DNA of 64,000 nucleotides from an uncultured Gammaproteobacteria bacterium (GCA_964612595.1 CAZTFB010000001.1:195058-259057); one strand, 5' to 3'; shown: positions 39,608 through 49,624, counted from the first letter of the stretch. Numbers and translations are program-made. The notes: generated by a model not told the origin, from the letters alone.

Positions 39608-40282
39608 ATGAATACTAGACTTCACAATCTCTATTCCTCTATTGAGCAATCCAATAAGGATAAATTTCTCGACAATCAAATTGTACTAGATCGGACATGG
39701 GGCAATTCTATTTGGGGCGTCACGCTCCAAATTGATCTTGATGAAAAAGTAAAAAACGAGATTGCTGCATTTCAACATGAATTAGATTGTCTTGAACCAA
39801 ACAACTTTCATTTACTTCCTCGAGAATATCAACATATCAGCTTTAACCAGGTTGTGTATTGGGACGGTGCATACAAATTTGGGACTGAAAAAACCTGGGA
39901 AAATATTTCAGAAAAGTTTTTGGAAGCTTTTCAAAAACAAGATGGCATGTATAATTCATTCAAGTTAGTATTTTCTAGACTCATTGCTACAGCAGAGGGA
40001 ATCATCTGGTGTGGTTATGATGAAAATGATGAGCTTGAGAACCTACGTGAAGAATTCCTGAATCTGTTACCATTTCCAGAAGAAACAACTAAACTGAACC
40101 ATATTATTCACACTACTGTCGCACGATACAAAAATAAACTTAATAACCCTCAAGTTGTCTTGAATTTCCTTGAAAAACAAACTGAAATAGTCCAGATGTC
40201 CGTAAATAGAATTTCTCTGAAAAACGAGCTAGTTTTCCCTTCGATCAAGACTGAAGAATTAGCACAGATTACACTCGTATAG
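39608..40282 (+). CDS. possible 2H phosphoesterase (LigT/CPDase-like)
   Basis: Two HxT/S motifs at the expected spacing (YQHISFNQV and IIHTTVARY). Confidence 0.45.
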   Translation: MNTRLHNLYSSIEQSNKDKFLDNQIVLDRTWGNSIWGVTLQIDLDEKVKNEIAAFQHELDCLEPNNFHLLPREYQHISFNQVVYWDGAYKFGTEKTWENISEKFLEAFQKQDGMYNSFKLVFSRLIATAEGIIWCGYDENDELENLREEFLNLLPFPEETTKLNHIIHTTVARYKNKLNNPQVVLNFLEKQTEIVQMSVNRISLKNELVFPSIKTEELAQITLV

Positions 40283-40379
40283 CTTGAGGGGTTGGTACTG
40301 TGTTGGTTATATGAGCAGCACTGTAGGACTCATGATAATTACAGTAAATCATACAGGCATCTCGAGCAATCATTGTTAT

Positions 40380-40970
40380 TCATCCTTTTAAAGATTTTTT
40401 TACCTGTGCCCTCCTCACAAGTAACATTATTGCGAAAAGCCCATTTGCAAATGCCCATGTAATAATCCAGGATGCTGATAAGAATGTATATATTTCGACT
40501 GCAACAAGTGCGAGTAAAAAACGCAACGTATTCGTTACATATAACGATAAAGTTTCGCTATAAGGATCATACCATGATTTGCGTACAGTCGGTATAAATG
40601 CCAAGAGGTCAGCGCCGATAACTAAAGTAAGTGATACTCCAGGTTGGTCCGCAATCAACCAGAAACCAATCGCCAAAAGTGATAGTAAGGCAACAACAGT
40701 GTCTGATGCTGTAATATACTTTCTACCACTCTTAAGACTCAGTAGAACAACACCCCCACATAGCAATCCTGCAGCAGCGCTTACCCAGGTTGCAGGCCCT
40801 GCGCCACCTTTAATTTGTAGCCCTACAAGCAGAATCGTTAGTAATCCCCACAACAGCCAACTATAAATATGTGGGTGGGTTTTACCTTTTAATATATCAC
40901 GGTAGTAAGGTACGTACGCTATAAAGGTGAGTAACACTGCGATCGTACTAATGATTTCTTTCAACTGCAT
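40380..40970 (-). CDS. polytopic membrane protein (about 6 TM), function unknown
   Basis: Hydrophobic throughout, with no diagnostic motif. Confidence 0.55.
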   Translation of the reverse strand: MQLKEIISTIAVLLTFIAYVPYYRDILKGKTHPHIYSWLLWGLLTILLVGLQIKGGAGPATWVSAAAGLLCGGVVLLSLKSGRKYITASDTVVALLSLLAIGFWLIADQPGVSLTLVIGADLLAFIPTVRKSWYDPYSETLSLYVTNTLRFLLALVAVEIYTFLSASWIITWAFANGLFAIMLLVRRAQVKKSLKG

Positions 40971-40973
40971 ACC

Positions 40974-41582
40974 TCAAAAAAACAATCGAATGACTGCAAT
41001 TTCTACATACGGAATAACCGAACCCCAGAAAAGCTGTGCTGGAGTATGTTTTTCTAGCTTAAGCCGTGACCATGCAACAAGCGGTATAAGCACGTATAAC
41101 CAAATATAATGCCAACCCGTCGCCATATTTATAAAGGTTATTCCAACCATGTTTAGCGACATATGCAAACTTATTTTCCAATAAAACGTTATTAGATAAA
41201 TTGTTGTATACACAATGGCGACAATAAGCAATTTTTCGATAAACTCTGGAGTCATATACAGAAATGCAAGCACCAAGTTCATAAGGTGTGCAACAAGAAG
41301 CACTGACAAGATGCCATACCTTTCTTGACGTTTAGTCATATCAAAATCTTCAATATAACCCTTTTTTAAGGAATACAGCATATAAATAGTTGGCACAAGA
41401 AAATACAGAATAAAGAAAGCAATAAACATGAATATTATTTGACTCTTCACAAGGCCAGAACTAAAAAGAAGTACCCAACCTATTATGAAAATCCAAGGCA
41501 CGCCAAAAATAATCGATACAGCTTCCGCCAATAACATAGAATGATTATAAATGAATCCAGCTCTAAAATGGGTACGAATCAT
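40974..41582 (-). CDS. polytopic membrane protein, weak PAP2-like C-terminal motif
   Basis: Start moved to M77 because the track ORF runs antisense across tRNA-Thr (..WESNPRP..). WSRLKLEKHTPAQ resembles the SRx5Hx3(D/Q) motif. Confidence 0.45.
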   Translation of the reverse strand: MIRTHFRAGFIYNHSMLLAEAVSIIFGVPWIFIIGWVLLFSSGLVKSQIIFMFIAFFILYFLVPTIYMLYSLKKGYIEDFDMTKRQERYGILSVLLVAHLMNLVLAFLYMTPEFIEKLLIVAIVYTTIYLITFYWKISLHMSLNMVGITFINMATGWHYIWLYVLIPLVAWSRLKLEKHTPAQLFWGSVIPYVEIAVIRLFF

Positions 41583-41614
41583 TTTAGAGCTGGATGTTAT
41601 AATATCATCACATT

Positions 41615-41690
41615 GCCAGCGTAGCTCAGTGGCCAGAGCATTCCCTTCGTAAGGGAGTGGTCGTGGGTTCGACTCCCACCGCTGGCTCCA
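41615..41690 (+). tRNA. tRNA-Thr (CGU), CCA encoded
   Basis: GCCAGCGTAGCTCAGTGGCCAGAGCATTCCCTTCGTAAGGGAGTGGTCGTGGGTTCGACTCCCACCGCTGGCTCCA. Confidence 0.9.
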
Positions 41691-41700
41691 ATAAAGACAT

Positions 41701-42405
41701 ATGAGAAATTTTCCACCAACAAGAAAGCGACAAACATACACACAGAAACAGACACTCACATATGTAGTACTCATAATTCTACTTATCATTTTCTTTGCCA
41801 CAATTGGCATTCAGCTTGTCATAAAAACTTCTCTATTCTTCGCTGGCTTCTCATCAAAGAAAACAGTAAAAAATATTGAGGAATCTACGGTACTTATCGA
41901 ACCCGAAATAGACAGTCTACCTGATGCAACAAGCTCTGCAAAAATTATTGTTGAAGGCCGTGCAACAGATAATACAACTATTGAAATTTTTATAAATGAA
42001 GCAAAAGTAGAAGAAACCCAAGTAGAAAGCGGTGAATTCTCGGCTGACGTTGTGCTTGATCCTGGAGAAAATTTATTATATGTCCGTTCTCTTGATGATA
42101 AGAAAATTAAGTCTAAAGACTCGCAGGTGTATAAAATTGTATATATAAATAAAGGTCCTGAGTTAACAATTACAAATCCCACTGATGGATCAGAGATAGA
42201 TAAAGAAGAAATTACTGTAAGTGGTACGGTTAGTGAAAATACAACAATCAAAATAAACGGCCTACCGACCATCGTTAACACTACTGGTGAGTTTAATCGT
42301 AATGTTCAATTAACTGAAGGTGATAATTCGATAACCATAATTGCTACCGATCTGGCAAACAACACCGTTGAAAAAGTAATCAATGTCAAATACCGAAAAG
42401 ATTAA
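41701..42405 (+). CDS. membrane-anchored surface protein with two Ig-like beta repeats
   Basis: One N-terminal TM segment. Internal repeat pattern (GRATDNTTIEIFIN..GEFSADVVLDPGEN / SGTVSENTTIKING..GEFNRNVQLTEGDN). Confidence 0.6.
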   Translation: MRNFPPTRKRQTYTQKQTLTYVVLIILLIIFFATIGIQLVIKTSLFFAGFSSKKTVKNIEESTVLIEPEIDSLPDATSSAKIIVEGRATDNTTIEIFINEAKVEETQVESGEFSADVVLDPGENLLYVRSLDDKKIKSKDSQVYKIVYINKGPELTITNPTDGSEIDKEEITVSGTVSENTTIKINGLPTIVNTTGEFNRNVQLTEGDNSITIIATDLANNTVEKVINVKYRKD

Positions 42406-43097
42406 GATTCTGACTGAAGTAGATATAGTTTGGATCGAACTAGGAATGAGTGAAACGACATCATAAAACTATATACAAATCCTCTCACGCCATCTTTCCA
42501 CCCACGAAGGAATACAAAAGAGTACATGAACTTTCCTACGGGATAGGCGATAATTTCAAATGCATTAGTGCGCTTACCTGTTATGAAAAGCTCATCAGCA
42601 CGAAGCGTTGAATAGTAATTAATCTTTTCTAGAAACCGAGCAATCGATTCATGAGGAATATGGAGCAAGGTGTTTTTTAGTAACCCACTCTTTTTGTTCG
42701 GCTCAAAGCGCTCATGAACCCTACCCCTCCATGTACCAGAGCCCTTCTTAACAAGACGAATAATTCCCTTAGTTCTTGCGTGTAAGACCTCTCCATATTG
42801 AATAGGTTTTCCCCAAAATTCATCCTGTCTTTTAATAAAATATGAGCTGTATTCGGGGTTGCTAATTGTTGCATGAATCTCATCTTCTAATTCCTTTGTG
42901 ATAATCTCATCAGTGTCCACATATAAAAGCCACTCATTTTTTGCCTGCTGCATAGCTTTATTGCGGCGCTCAGCAAAATCTAATGAGGCTTCACCAGTAT
43001 TACTCATCACAAGGACCTCATTGCAGAAATCAAGATTCTGCATAATAGCCTTTATCTTTTTTTCTCCCTTCTTGGCGATAATTATCCCTGTGAGCAT
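42402..43097 (-). CDS. family 2 glycosyltransferase
   Basis: GT-A pattern with a DxD motif (LYVDTDEII). Confidence 0.7.
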   Translation of the reverse strand: MLTGIIIAKKGEKKIKAIMQNLDFCNEVLVMSNTGEASLDFAERRNKAMQQAKNEWLLYVDTDEIITKELEDEIHATISNPEYSSYFIKRQDEFWGKPIQYGEVLHARTKGIIRLVKKGSGTWRGRVHERFEPNKKSGLLKNTLLHIPHESIARFLEKINYYSTLRADELFITGKRTNAFEIIAYPVGKFMYSFVFLRGWKDGVRGFVYSFMMSFHSFLVRSKLYLLQSES

Positions 43098-43123
43098 TAC
43101 TCTATTGTAGACTAAAAGACGTG

Positions 43124-43197
43124 TGGTCGCACCTGGATTTGAACCAGGGACCTTTCGAATGTGAATCGAACGCTCTAACCAGCTGAGCTATGCGACC
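43124..43197 (-). tRNA. tRNA-Val (CAC)
   Basis: Reverse complement reads GGTCGCATAGCTCAGCTGGTTAGAGCGTTCGATTCACATTCGAAAGGTCCCTGGTTCAAATCCAGGTGCGACCA. Confidence 0.9.
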
Positions 43198-43256
43198 TAA
43201 CATCCACATTATAACATGCTTGTTTTTCTTACCGTCTGTGACGTAGAATATGACGT

Positions 43257-43898
43257 ATGGAAGTCATTAAGAAAGTAATTGAGTTTGTTATGGAAATACT
43301 AGAAACCGTTACTTTTGTGGGATCACTCTTTATTGTCATTTACCTTTTTTTTATGCAACCCCACCAAGTTCGAGGGTCATCGATGGATACGACTTTTCGC
43401 AATAACGAATATATCCTTACGAACAAGTTATCCTATCGATTTGGCGTTCCAGAAAGAGGTGATGTTGTAGTCTTTAAGTCTCCTGAAAACAAAGACATAG
43501 ATTTCATCAAACGCATCATTGGCCTTCCTGGAGATAAAATAATGGTGCGTGATAATCAAGTATATCTAAACGGCTCTCCACTTAACGAGTCATACGTATT
43601 AGGCACAACACAGGTACATGAAGGAGGTTTTCTTAAAGACGGTCAAACTGTAACCGTACCCATGGGTCACCTATTTGTGATGGGCGATAATCGTCCTCGC
43701 TCGTCTGATTCTCGTACGTTTGGTCCCGTTCCTCAACAAGATATCATCGGCAAGGTTTTCTTCCGATACTTTCCATCAGATAGGGTTGGCACAATTAAAA
43801 CACCACGTTATTCCTCAGATAGTTTACGCAGAAACTCGTTTGTCTTTGTTCGGTTTCCCTTAACCTCAATAACCACCTTGGACTTTACTCGTGTTTGA
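43257..43898 (+). CDS. lepB: signal peptidase I
   Basis: Catalytic Ser in RGSSMDTTF, Lys in FIKRIIGLPGD, and GDNRPRSSDSR box. Its 3' end overlaps the convergent ParB-like gene by 91 nt. Confidence 0.9.
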   Translation: MEVIKKVIEFVMEILETVTFVGSLFIVIYLFFMQPHQVRGSSMDTTFRNNEYILTNKLSYRFGVPERGDVVVFKSPENKDIDFIKRIIGLPGDKIMVRDNQVYLNGSPLNESYVLGTTQVHEGGFLKDGQTVTVPMGHLFVMGDNRPRSSDSRTFGPVPQQDIIGKVFFRYFPSDRVGTIKTPRYSSDSLRRNSFVFVRFPLTSITTLDFTRV

Positions 43899-44344
43899 AT
43901 CACTTTAACGTAAGCACTAGGCTCAATCGCATGGAATTTCCGCTCAATTGCTGATTGAATGTTTTTTCCTATAGGATCTCCATCGGACACAGTTGCAAAT
44001 AAAATATTTCGAACAGCTTCATCTAGATCAAGAACCGACATTTCTTGAGATAGTATTTTTTCGTAAAGTTGGATTGTACTTTCTGGATCTTTAATCCGAC
44101 CTAGAATAAACAAATGGGTAAGAGATATTGTGCCCGTATAGTAGCCGTCAAGAACTAGCTCAGGTAACCTCAATAAGCGCAAATAATTACTAATGTAGGC
44201 TGGAGATACTTCAAGCTCTTTCGCTATATAGCCATATGCAATATCATGGTCATCGTGGAGTTTTTTTAATTTATTTGCCTTGATAATAGGATCTTTTTCC
44301 TCTTGAATATGAAGAATTTGTTGAGCAAGCCGCAGACTGTCCAT
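43808..44344 (-). CDS. ParB/Spo0J-like HTH domain protein
   Basis: IAKELEVSPAYISNYLRLLRLPELV is the ParB-type HTH. No obvious N-terminal GxRR box. Confidence 0.55.
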   Translation of the reverse strand: MDSLRLAQQILHIQEEKDPIIKANKLKKLHDDHDIAYGYIAKELEVSPAYISNYLRLLRLPELVLDGYYTGTISLTHLFILGRIKDPESTIQLYEKILSQEMSVLDLDEAVRNILFATVSDGDPIGKNIQSAIERKFHAIEPSAYVKVIQTRVKSKVVIEVKGNRTKTNEFLRKLSEE

Positions 44345-44365
44345 AAACGTATTATACAGATAAGG

Positions 44366-44626
44366 TTATGAAGTTTTTTTTGGGAGTATAGAAACAAACT
44401 TTTTACCAAGTCGGGTAAAGAAGGTAACAGTACCTTCAATATCCGCATGGATTGTGTAGTCTTTACTAATGTATGCACCAGGACCGGCACGAAACGTCAT
44501 ACCTCTCTGCCTAATAACAACATTGCCCGGCTTTGCTGCTTGACCGCCATACAGCTTTACGCCAAGTCGCTTCGCTATAGAATCTCGATTTCCTTTTGCT
44601 GCTTTTTGTGATTTTGTATGCGCCAT
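44366..44626 (-). CDS. rpmA: 50S ribosomal protein L27
   Basis: MAHTKSQKAAKGNRDS..G.VIRQRG pattern. Confidence 0.92.
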   Translation of the reverse strand: MAHTKSQKAAKGNRDSIAKRLGVKLYGGQAAKPGNVVIRQRGMTFRAGPGAYISKDYTIHADIEGTVTFFTRLGKKFVSILPKKTS

Positions 44627-44637
44627 AGTAGCTTAAC

Positions 44638-44946
44638 TTAAAGACTAACAATTTTAACTTTTGAAAGTGAGGCTCGAAAACCGCGTACTTTTCGTGATCG
44701 TACCTTTGATTTAAATCGTGCTACTCTAATTTTATCACCCTTGACATTTTCAACAACTTTTCCCTTTACTTTGGAATTCAAAAATGGTTTACCGAGGGTT
44801 ATGTCGTTTTTCTCATCATCACCCTCCGCAAGAGTATCAAATTCAACATCAGCATCTTGTGTAAGGTTTAAATTGTCCACAGTTATCTCATCGTCCTTCT
44901 TTACGATATACTGCTTTCCACCGGTCTGAATTACTGCAAATTTCAT
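44638..44946 (-). CDS. rplU: 50S ribosomal protein L21
   Basis: MKFAVIQTGGKQYIVKKDD. ATG 44946 is preferred over the TTG start given in the track. Confidence 0.9.
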   Translation of the reverse strand: MKFAVIQTGGKQYIVKKDDEITVDNLNLTQDADVEFDTLAEGDDEKNDITLGKPFLNSKVKGKVVENVKGDKIRVARFKSKVRSRKVRGFRASLSKVKIVSL

Positions 44947-44984
44947 AGATTCCAATTATAAAGTATAAGTCAATATTTAACAAG

Positions 44985-46016
44985 TCAAAGCGCTGAAGCC
45001 ATGCCTAAGAGCAACATAGTCGACAAAAGCGAGGAGCCTCCATAAGAAATAAACGGTAATGCAATACCAGTTACTGGCATTAAACCAAGATTCATTCCGA
45101 TGTTAATTGTAATTTCAAAGAACAATAGGGCTATAGTGCCAACTAAAAAAAGAAATTTATATCCATTATCCTTATTGTGGAACATTTTTATAATTAATCT
45201 GAAAAAGAGTAAGGCAAATGCAAGCAAAAGGAATAACGTACCAATAAATCCAAACTGTTCAACAAATGCTGCAAAAGCAAAATCAGTATGAAACTCAGGT
45301 AGAAATCTAAATTGTGCCTGTGACCCTAAGCCAAGACCTTTTCCTAACAATCCGCCTGATCCAATTGCAATGATGGCTTGCGTAATGTTGTAAGTTATAC
45401 CTCTTGGATCAAAATCTGGATTAAGAAAACCTATGACGCGAGATTTCTGATAATCCTTCATAAAAATCCATAAAATCGGCATAAAGGCAATTACTGCTGC
45501 ACCAATTATTGCAGTAATAAGAGAAGAAAGCCCTGAAAAATAAAATATTGTTGCAAAAACCATTGTATAGAGAATAGCACTACCAAGATCAGGTTGGACA
45601 TAAATTGCGAGTGTCGGTAGAAAAAACATGACTGTAACGGCTGCAATTTTTAGTTTAGAAAATTTATTGGGTGCATTTAACACAGCAGCAAGACAGCTAA
45701 TATAAAAGGGTTTAAAAAACTCAGAAGTTTGAAGTTGAAAAAAACCGAGATCAATCCATCGTCTTGAGCCTCTAATGCTATCAGTCAAAAGTGTGAGAAT
45801 TAATAAAAAAGAACAAAAAAGAAATATTACTTTGTAGTTTTGTTCAAGAAGTTCAGGTTTAACTCTTGAAAAGAGTATAAAAAATCCTAAACCCGCGAGT
45901 TGAAAAAGCACGGTTTGTGGAACAAGATCTGGTCTTAGACCAATGAGATTAAACAAACCAAAGAGATTAAGAATGACAATCGCGAACACATACCACACGT
46001 CAAATCGAGCTTTCAT
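44985..46016 (-). CDS. rodA: SEDS-family protein (RodA-like)
   Basis: About 10 TM segments. Conserved PEFHTDFAFA and PFISYGGSS motifs. It lies outside the dcw cluster. Confidence 0.8.
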   Translation of the reverse strand: MKARFDVWYVFAIVILNLFGLFNLIGLRPDLVPQTVLFQLAGLGFFILFSRVKPELLEQNYKVIFLFCSFLLILTLLTDSIRGSRRWIDLGFFQLQTSEFFKPFYISCLAAVLNAPNKFSKLKIAAVTVMFFLPTLAIYVQPDLGSAILYTMVFATIFYFSGLSSLITAIIGAAVIAFMPILWIFMKDYQKSRVIGFLNPDFDPRGITYNITQAIIAIGSGGLLGKGLGLGSQAQFRFLPEFHTDFAFAAFVEQFGFIGTLFLLLAFALLFFRLIIKMFHNKDNGYKFLFLVGTIALLFFEITINIGMNLGLMPVTGIALPFISYGGSSLLSTMLLLGMASAL

Positions 46017-48859
46017 ATTTTTTCAACACGCACTTCTGGACCGATTTCGATAGTCTCGGCAGAGAGCTTCTTCATCAAATATTCTTTCATACTCTCGTGA
46101 AACGATGGGACTATTAATCTCACTTTATCACCTTGGGATAAGTTTAACTTGCGACGCTCTCCCTGGACCATGCGAACTAGTTCACGCGTCTCACCTTCAA
46201 TTACAAGCTCATCGGATAATTCAATATTAAAGATCGCGTCGTAGTCATCTTTCTCAGTTTTAGAAACAACAGAGTCTTTAACGTTGAGCTCATCCTGAAT
46301 TATGTCTTGTGCGCGCTCGAGCGTTGTAGCACTGTGTATTGCAACTCCTTTTGGAAGCGAGAGCGCTACATGCGAGAGTGGTTGGCGAACTTTTATTTTT
46401 GTTTCTTTTCGTGCTCTATGACCAGCTTCAACAAGTTTGCGAATAGTATTCATATCCTGTATGAGCTCAATATCGCTGCTTTTTTGCTTTTCTGGCCATG
46501 CTTCTAAATGCACTGATGCAGCACCAGTCAGATGACGATAAAGTGTATCGCTTAAAAATGGTGCCAGTGGCGCTGATAATTTTAAGAAATTAGTAAGTAC
46601 ATAAAATGTAGTAGTATAAAATGTCTGCTTATCTTCCTCGTTCTCTGCTGCTGCACCTACACGATCGCGCGATCGGCGAATGTACCACTTTGACATTTCG
46701 TCAATAAATGATGTCATTTTATCAACAGCCGCCATCGTATCGTATGCTTCCAGATCATCGGTAAGATCGTTGATAAGTTTATCAAGAAGTGCCAATATCC
46801 ATTCGTCCAAAATATTATTTGTTTTTGGCCTTTGGGACAAGTTCTTATCAAGGATAGGCTTATCTATTTCGGAAAATAATTCAAAAAACTTTACAACGTT
46901 CCACAGAGTAAGATGAAATACTTTAATTTGATTGCGGTATTCTTCTTCAGAAATAATGATGTCCTCTCCCCTCATGACCGGACTACCCATAAGGTACAAT
47001 CTCAAAGCGTCGCCTCCATATTTATCTATCATCATTTTTGGATCAGGATAATTACCATAATTTTTACTCATCTTGCGACCATCTGTTCCAAGGATAACGC
47101 CTGTTACTGCGACATTTTTAAATGCATGGGTGTCATAAAGTGCGGTTGACAGCACATGTAAAACATAGAACCACGCACGAATTTGACCAGTATATTCAAC
47201 AATAAAATCAGGCGGGAAAAAATCTTCAAGCTTCAGCGATGTATCGAAAGGGAAATGACGTTCTGCTAAAGAGGCAGAACCTGCTTCTATCCAGCTATCA
47301 AGAACCTCAGGTACGCGATGGGCATTCTTTCCGCATTTTATACACTTTACGACAACGTCATCTATATCAGGTCGATGTAGATCTTCAATTTTCTGACCAG
47401 ATGCCTTTTCTAGTTCATCTATAGAACCTGGCACAAAGCGCTCGCCACATTCACATTCCCATACAGGTACTGGCGAGCCCCAATATCGACTGCGTGAGAT
47501 ACACCAATCGGGTGCTGATTCCATACTTTTAAGGAAACGACCATTTTTAAAATGTCCCGGAAACCAGTTGACAGCTTCATTATTTTTAAAGAGCTGGGGT
47601 TTAAGCTGCTGAATATCAACATACCACGCATCTTGAGGCGCGTAATATAGTTGTGTACCGCAGCGCCAACAGTGTGGCATAGAATGAGTATATTCCTCTT
47701 CCTTTAAAAGCAAACCACGGCTTCTCAGGTCCTCATTAACCGCTTTATTTGCTTTCAAGTAATACATGCCCCCAAACAAAGGAACGTCTTTCTTAATATG
47801 ACCTTCTTCATCAACGTGCAATACTGCTTGAATCTTGTTCTCTTTCATTACTTTTAAATCCTCTTCTCCGTATGCAGCTAAAGTAACAATACCAGTACCT
47901 TCATCTGCCGTCACAAAGTCACCAGCTACAACTATCCATGCGTGCATACCCTCATCGATTTTATAAAAGTCGTAATGTGGTTCAAATGATAAGCCAACAA
48001 GTTTCTCGCCCTTAAATTCTTCAACAATTTTATATTTCATTCCCTCGATAGCCTTAAGTGTTGTTTTTGCAAGAATGTAAAATTCTGTACCATTATCAGC
48101 TTTCACCTCTACCTTCACATATTCAAGTTCAGGATTAACTGCAAGTGCCGGAGTAGCAATTTTATTCCAGGGTGTCGTTGACCATGCAAGCAGATATGTA
48201 TTTTCCTCATCCTTAAGCTTATATTTATAGGTAGATCCAAGATCTTTCACATCTTTATAGTTATCTGCGTCCATTGCAACTTCAAAGTTTGATATTGGAG
48301 TAGAACAATGCGGACAGAATAATGAAACGCGCATGCCTTTATATATGTATTCTTTGTCATACATCTGTTTAAAGATCCACATGACGGTTTCCATATACTC
48401 TTTGTCCATTGTTTTGTAGGCATGCTGGAAATCTACCCATCGCCCAATATGGTCGACATACCACTCCCATTCGCCCGAGACATCTTTCACGTAGAGCTTA
48501 CATTCATCGATAAATTTCTTAATACCTATTGTTTCTTCAATATCTTTCTTTCTTGTAATACCCAATTTGTTTTCAACTTTATTCTCTGCGGGAAGTCCAT
48601 GACAATCCCATCCCCAAACACGTCGCACACGATATCCTTTCATTGTCCAGAATCGAGGAAACACATCTTTTGGAATGCTCGAGAGAAGGCTACCGTAATG
48701 GGGAAGACCCGTAATAAACGGGGGTCCGTCTAAAAAGGTCCATGTTTTATCAATAGGGCGGTTTTCAATAGATTGTTCAAAAATCTTGTTCTTTTTCCAG
48801 TACGCAAGAATTTCTTCTTCAAGTTCTGGGAAGTTGGGTTGAGACGATAGCTGAGCCAT
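46013..48859 (-). CDS. ileS: isoleucyl-tRNA synthetase (type 2-like)
   Basis: GPPFITGLPHYGSLL (HIGH-type motif), KMSKN, and the CP1 editing region. Confidence 0.9.
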   Translation of the reverse strand: MAQLSSQPNFPELEEEILAYWKKNKIFEQSIENRPIDKTWTFLDGPPFITGLPHYGSLLSSIPKDVFPRFWTMKGYRVRRVWGWDCHGLPAENKVENKLGITRKKDIEETIGIKKFIDECKLYVKDVSGEWEWYVDHIGRWVDFQHAYKTMDKEYMETVMWIFKQMYDKEYIYKGMRVSLFCPHCSTPISNFEVAMDADNYKDVKDLGSTYKYKLKDEENTYLLAWSTTPWNKIATPALAVNPELEYVKVEVKADNGTEFYILAKTTLKAIEGMKYKIVEEFKGEKLVGLSFEPHYDFYKIDEGMHAWIVVAGDFVTADEGTGIVTLAAYGEEDLKVMKENKIQAVLHVDEEGHIKKDVPLFGGMYYLKANKAVNEDLRSRGLLLKEEEYTHSMPHCWRCGTQLYYAPQDAWYVDIQQLKPQLFKNNEAVNWFPGHFKNGRFLKSMESAPDWCISRSRYWGSPVPVWECECGERFVPGSIDELEKASGQKIEDLHRPDIDDVVVKCIKCGKNAHRVPEVLDSWIEAGSASLAERHFPFDTSLKLEDFFPPDFIVEYTGQIRAWFYVLHVLSTALYDTHAFKNVAVTGVILGTDGRKMSKNYGNYPDPKMMIDKYGGDALRLYLMGSPVMRGEDIIISEEEYRNQIKVFHLTLWNVVKFFELFSEIDKPILDKNLSQRPKTNNILDEWILALLDKLINDLTDDLEAYDTMAAVDKMTSFIDEMSKWYIRRSRDRVGAAAENEEDKQTFYTTTFYVLTNFLKLSAPLAPFLSDTLYRHLTGAASVHLEAWPEKQKSSDIELIQDMNTIRKLVEAGHRARKETKIKVRQPLSHVALSLPKGVAIHSATTLERAQDIIQDELNVKDSVVSKTEKDDYDAIFNIELSDELVIEGETRELVRMVQGERRKLNLSQGDKVRLIVPSFHESMKEYLMKKLSAETIEIGPEVRVEKI

Positions 48860-48964
48860 GTGGAGTATTATAGCTTGTTATGTATGTTGGAGCAAGAAAT
48901 AAAAAACTCAGGTGTTCGCCTGCCGTTTATAACAGTACACCCTACATACATGATATGTAGCTAT

Positions 48965-48992
48965 AAAAAAGACCCCCGCAAGATGGGGGGTC
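48965..48992 (-). terminator. rho-independent terminator (minus-strand sense)
   Basis: Minus strand reads GACCCCC, loop, GGGGGTC, followed by TTTTTT. Confidence 0.7.
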
Positions 48993-49077
48993 TAAAATTG
49001 CCTTCACCGACCTACCGTTGGACCCGCCATGACTCTATCGATCTGGACTTACGTTCCTTCAGGGTCAGGTTCTTCGG

Positions 49078-49341
49078 TCAGTTTTTCTTTTCGGGTGATG
49101 TCTTGACTTGTCCTGAAGTCATAGCAAGAAGCTTCCCTAGCTCCTTTACTAAGTTCTGCGCATGAGTTCTTGACATTCCTACTCTTGTCACTATCTGGAC
49201 CTGATCAGATGAAGCAAGTCGCTGAGTAACATCAAGGACTACTCCATACTCATTGGTAGTCATAAATACATTATCCGTGTATAGTATGGGTGTACTTTCC
49301 AAATTTAGATTGAGCTTTATATCTTTTGTCATTATTTTCAC
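49078..49341 (-). CDS. small conserved protein (DUF3467-like by recollection)
   Basis: 87 aa. RBS GAGGAGGTGA. Upstream promoter TTGACA, 17 nt, TCTAAT. Confidence 0.55.
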   Translation of the reverse strand: MKIMTKDIKLNLNLESTPILYTDNVFMTTNEYGVVLDVTQRLASSDQVQIVTRVGMSRTHAQNLVKELGKLLAMTSGQVKTSPEKKN

Positions 49342-49624
49342 CTCCTCTCTTGTGTTAGTTTCGATTAGACCACACTACTAAGAGCGTGTCAACATATCAA
49401 AATATAATGTTACTATATCATGTCTTCTCTCTTGAGCATGTGCCTCATCATCCACTTTTAGAAACCGCTCCTCCCAAAAAAAATTTGAACAAAGGCTATA
49501 TTTAGTATTGTTTGTAAGCGCGAAGTTTTCATTGCTAGTCATTTTTGACCCAAAACGGGTCATATATAGGGTCAATTTTTGCAGGGCTAGAAATGTGAGA
49601 TGAGGTAGGCGTTGGTGTACGAGA

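Noticed and set aside
39340-39679. Minus-strand ORFs 39340..39531 and 39467..39679.
   Set aside because: They overlap tRNA-Gly and the LysM gene end, and they have no RBS. They are antisense artefacts.
40974-41810. 278-aa track ORF.
   Set aside because: Its N-terminal 76 codons run antisense through tRNA-Thr (WESNPRPLPYEGNALATELRW is translated tRNA). It was trimmed to 40974..41582.
41811-42281. 156-aa minus-strand ORF antisense to the Ig-like surface protein gene.
   Set aside because: It is entirely nested antisense in a better-supported plus-strand gene that has a TM anchor and internal repeats. There is no independent signal.
48993-49077. GC-rich ~85-nt stretch between the stop of the 87-aa gene and its terminator, considered as SRP (4.5S) RNA because of CUGAAGGAA / GGUCAGG-like strings.
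   Set aside because: The conserved domain IV pattern (GGUCC-GGAA-GGAAGCAGCC with a symmetric loop) cannot be recovered on either strand. It is most simply a long 3' UTR.
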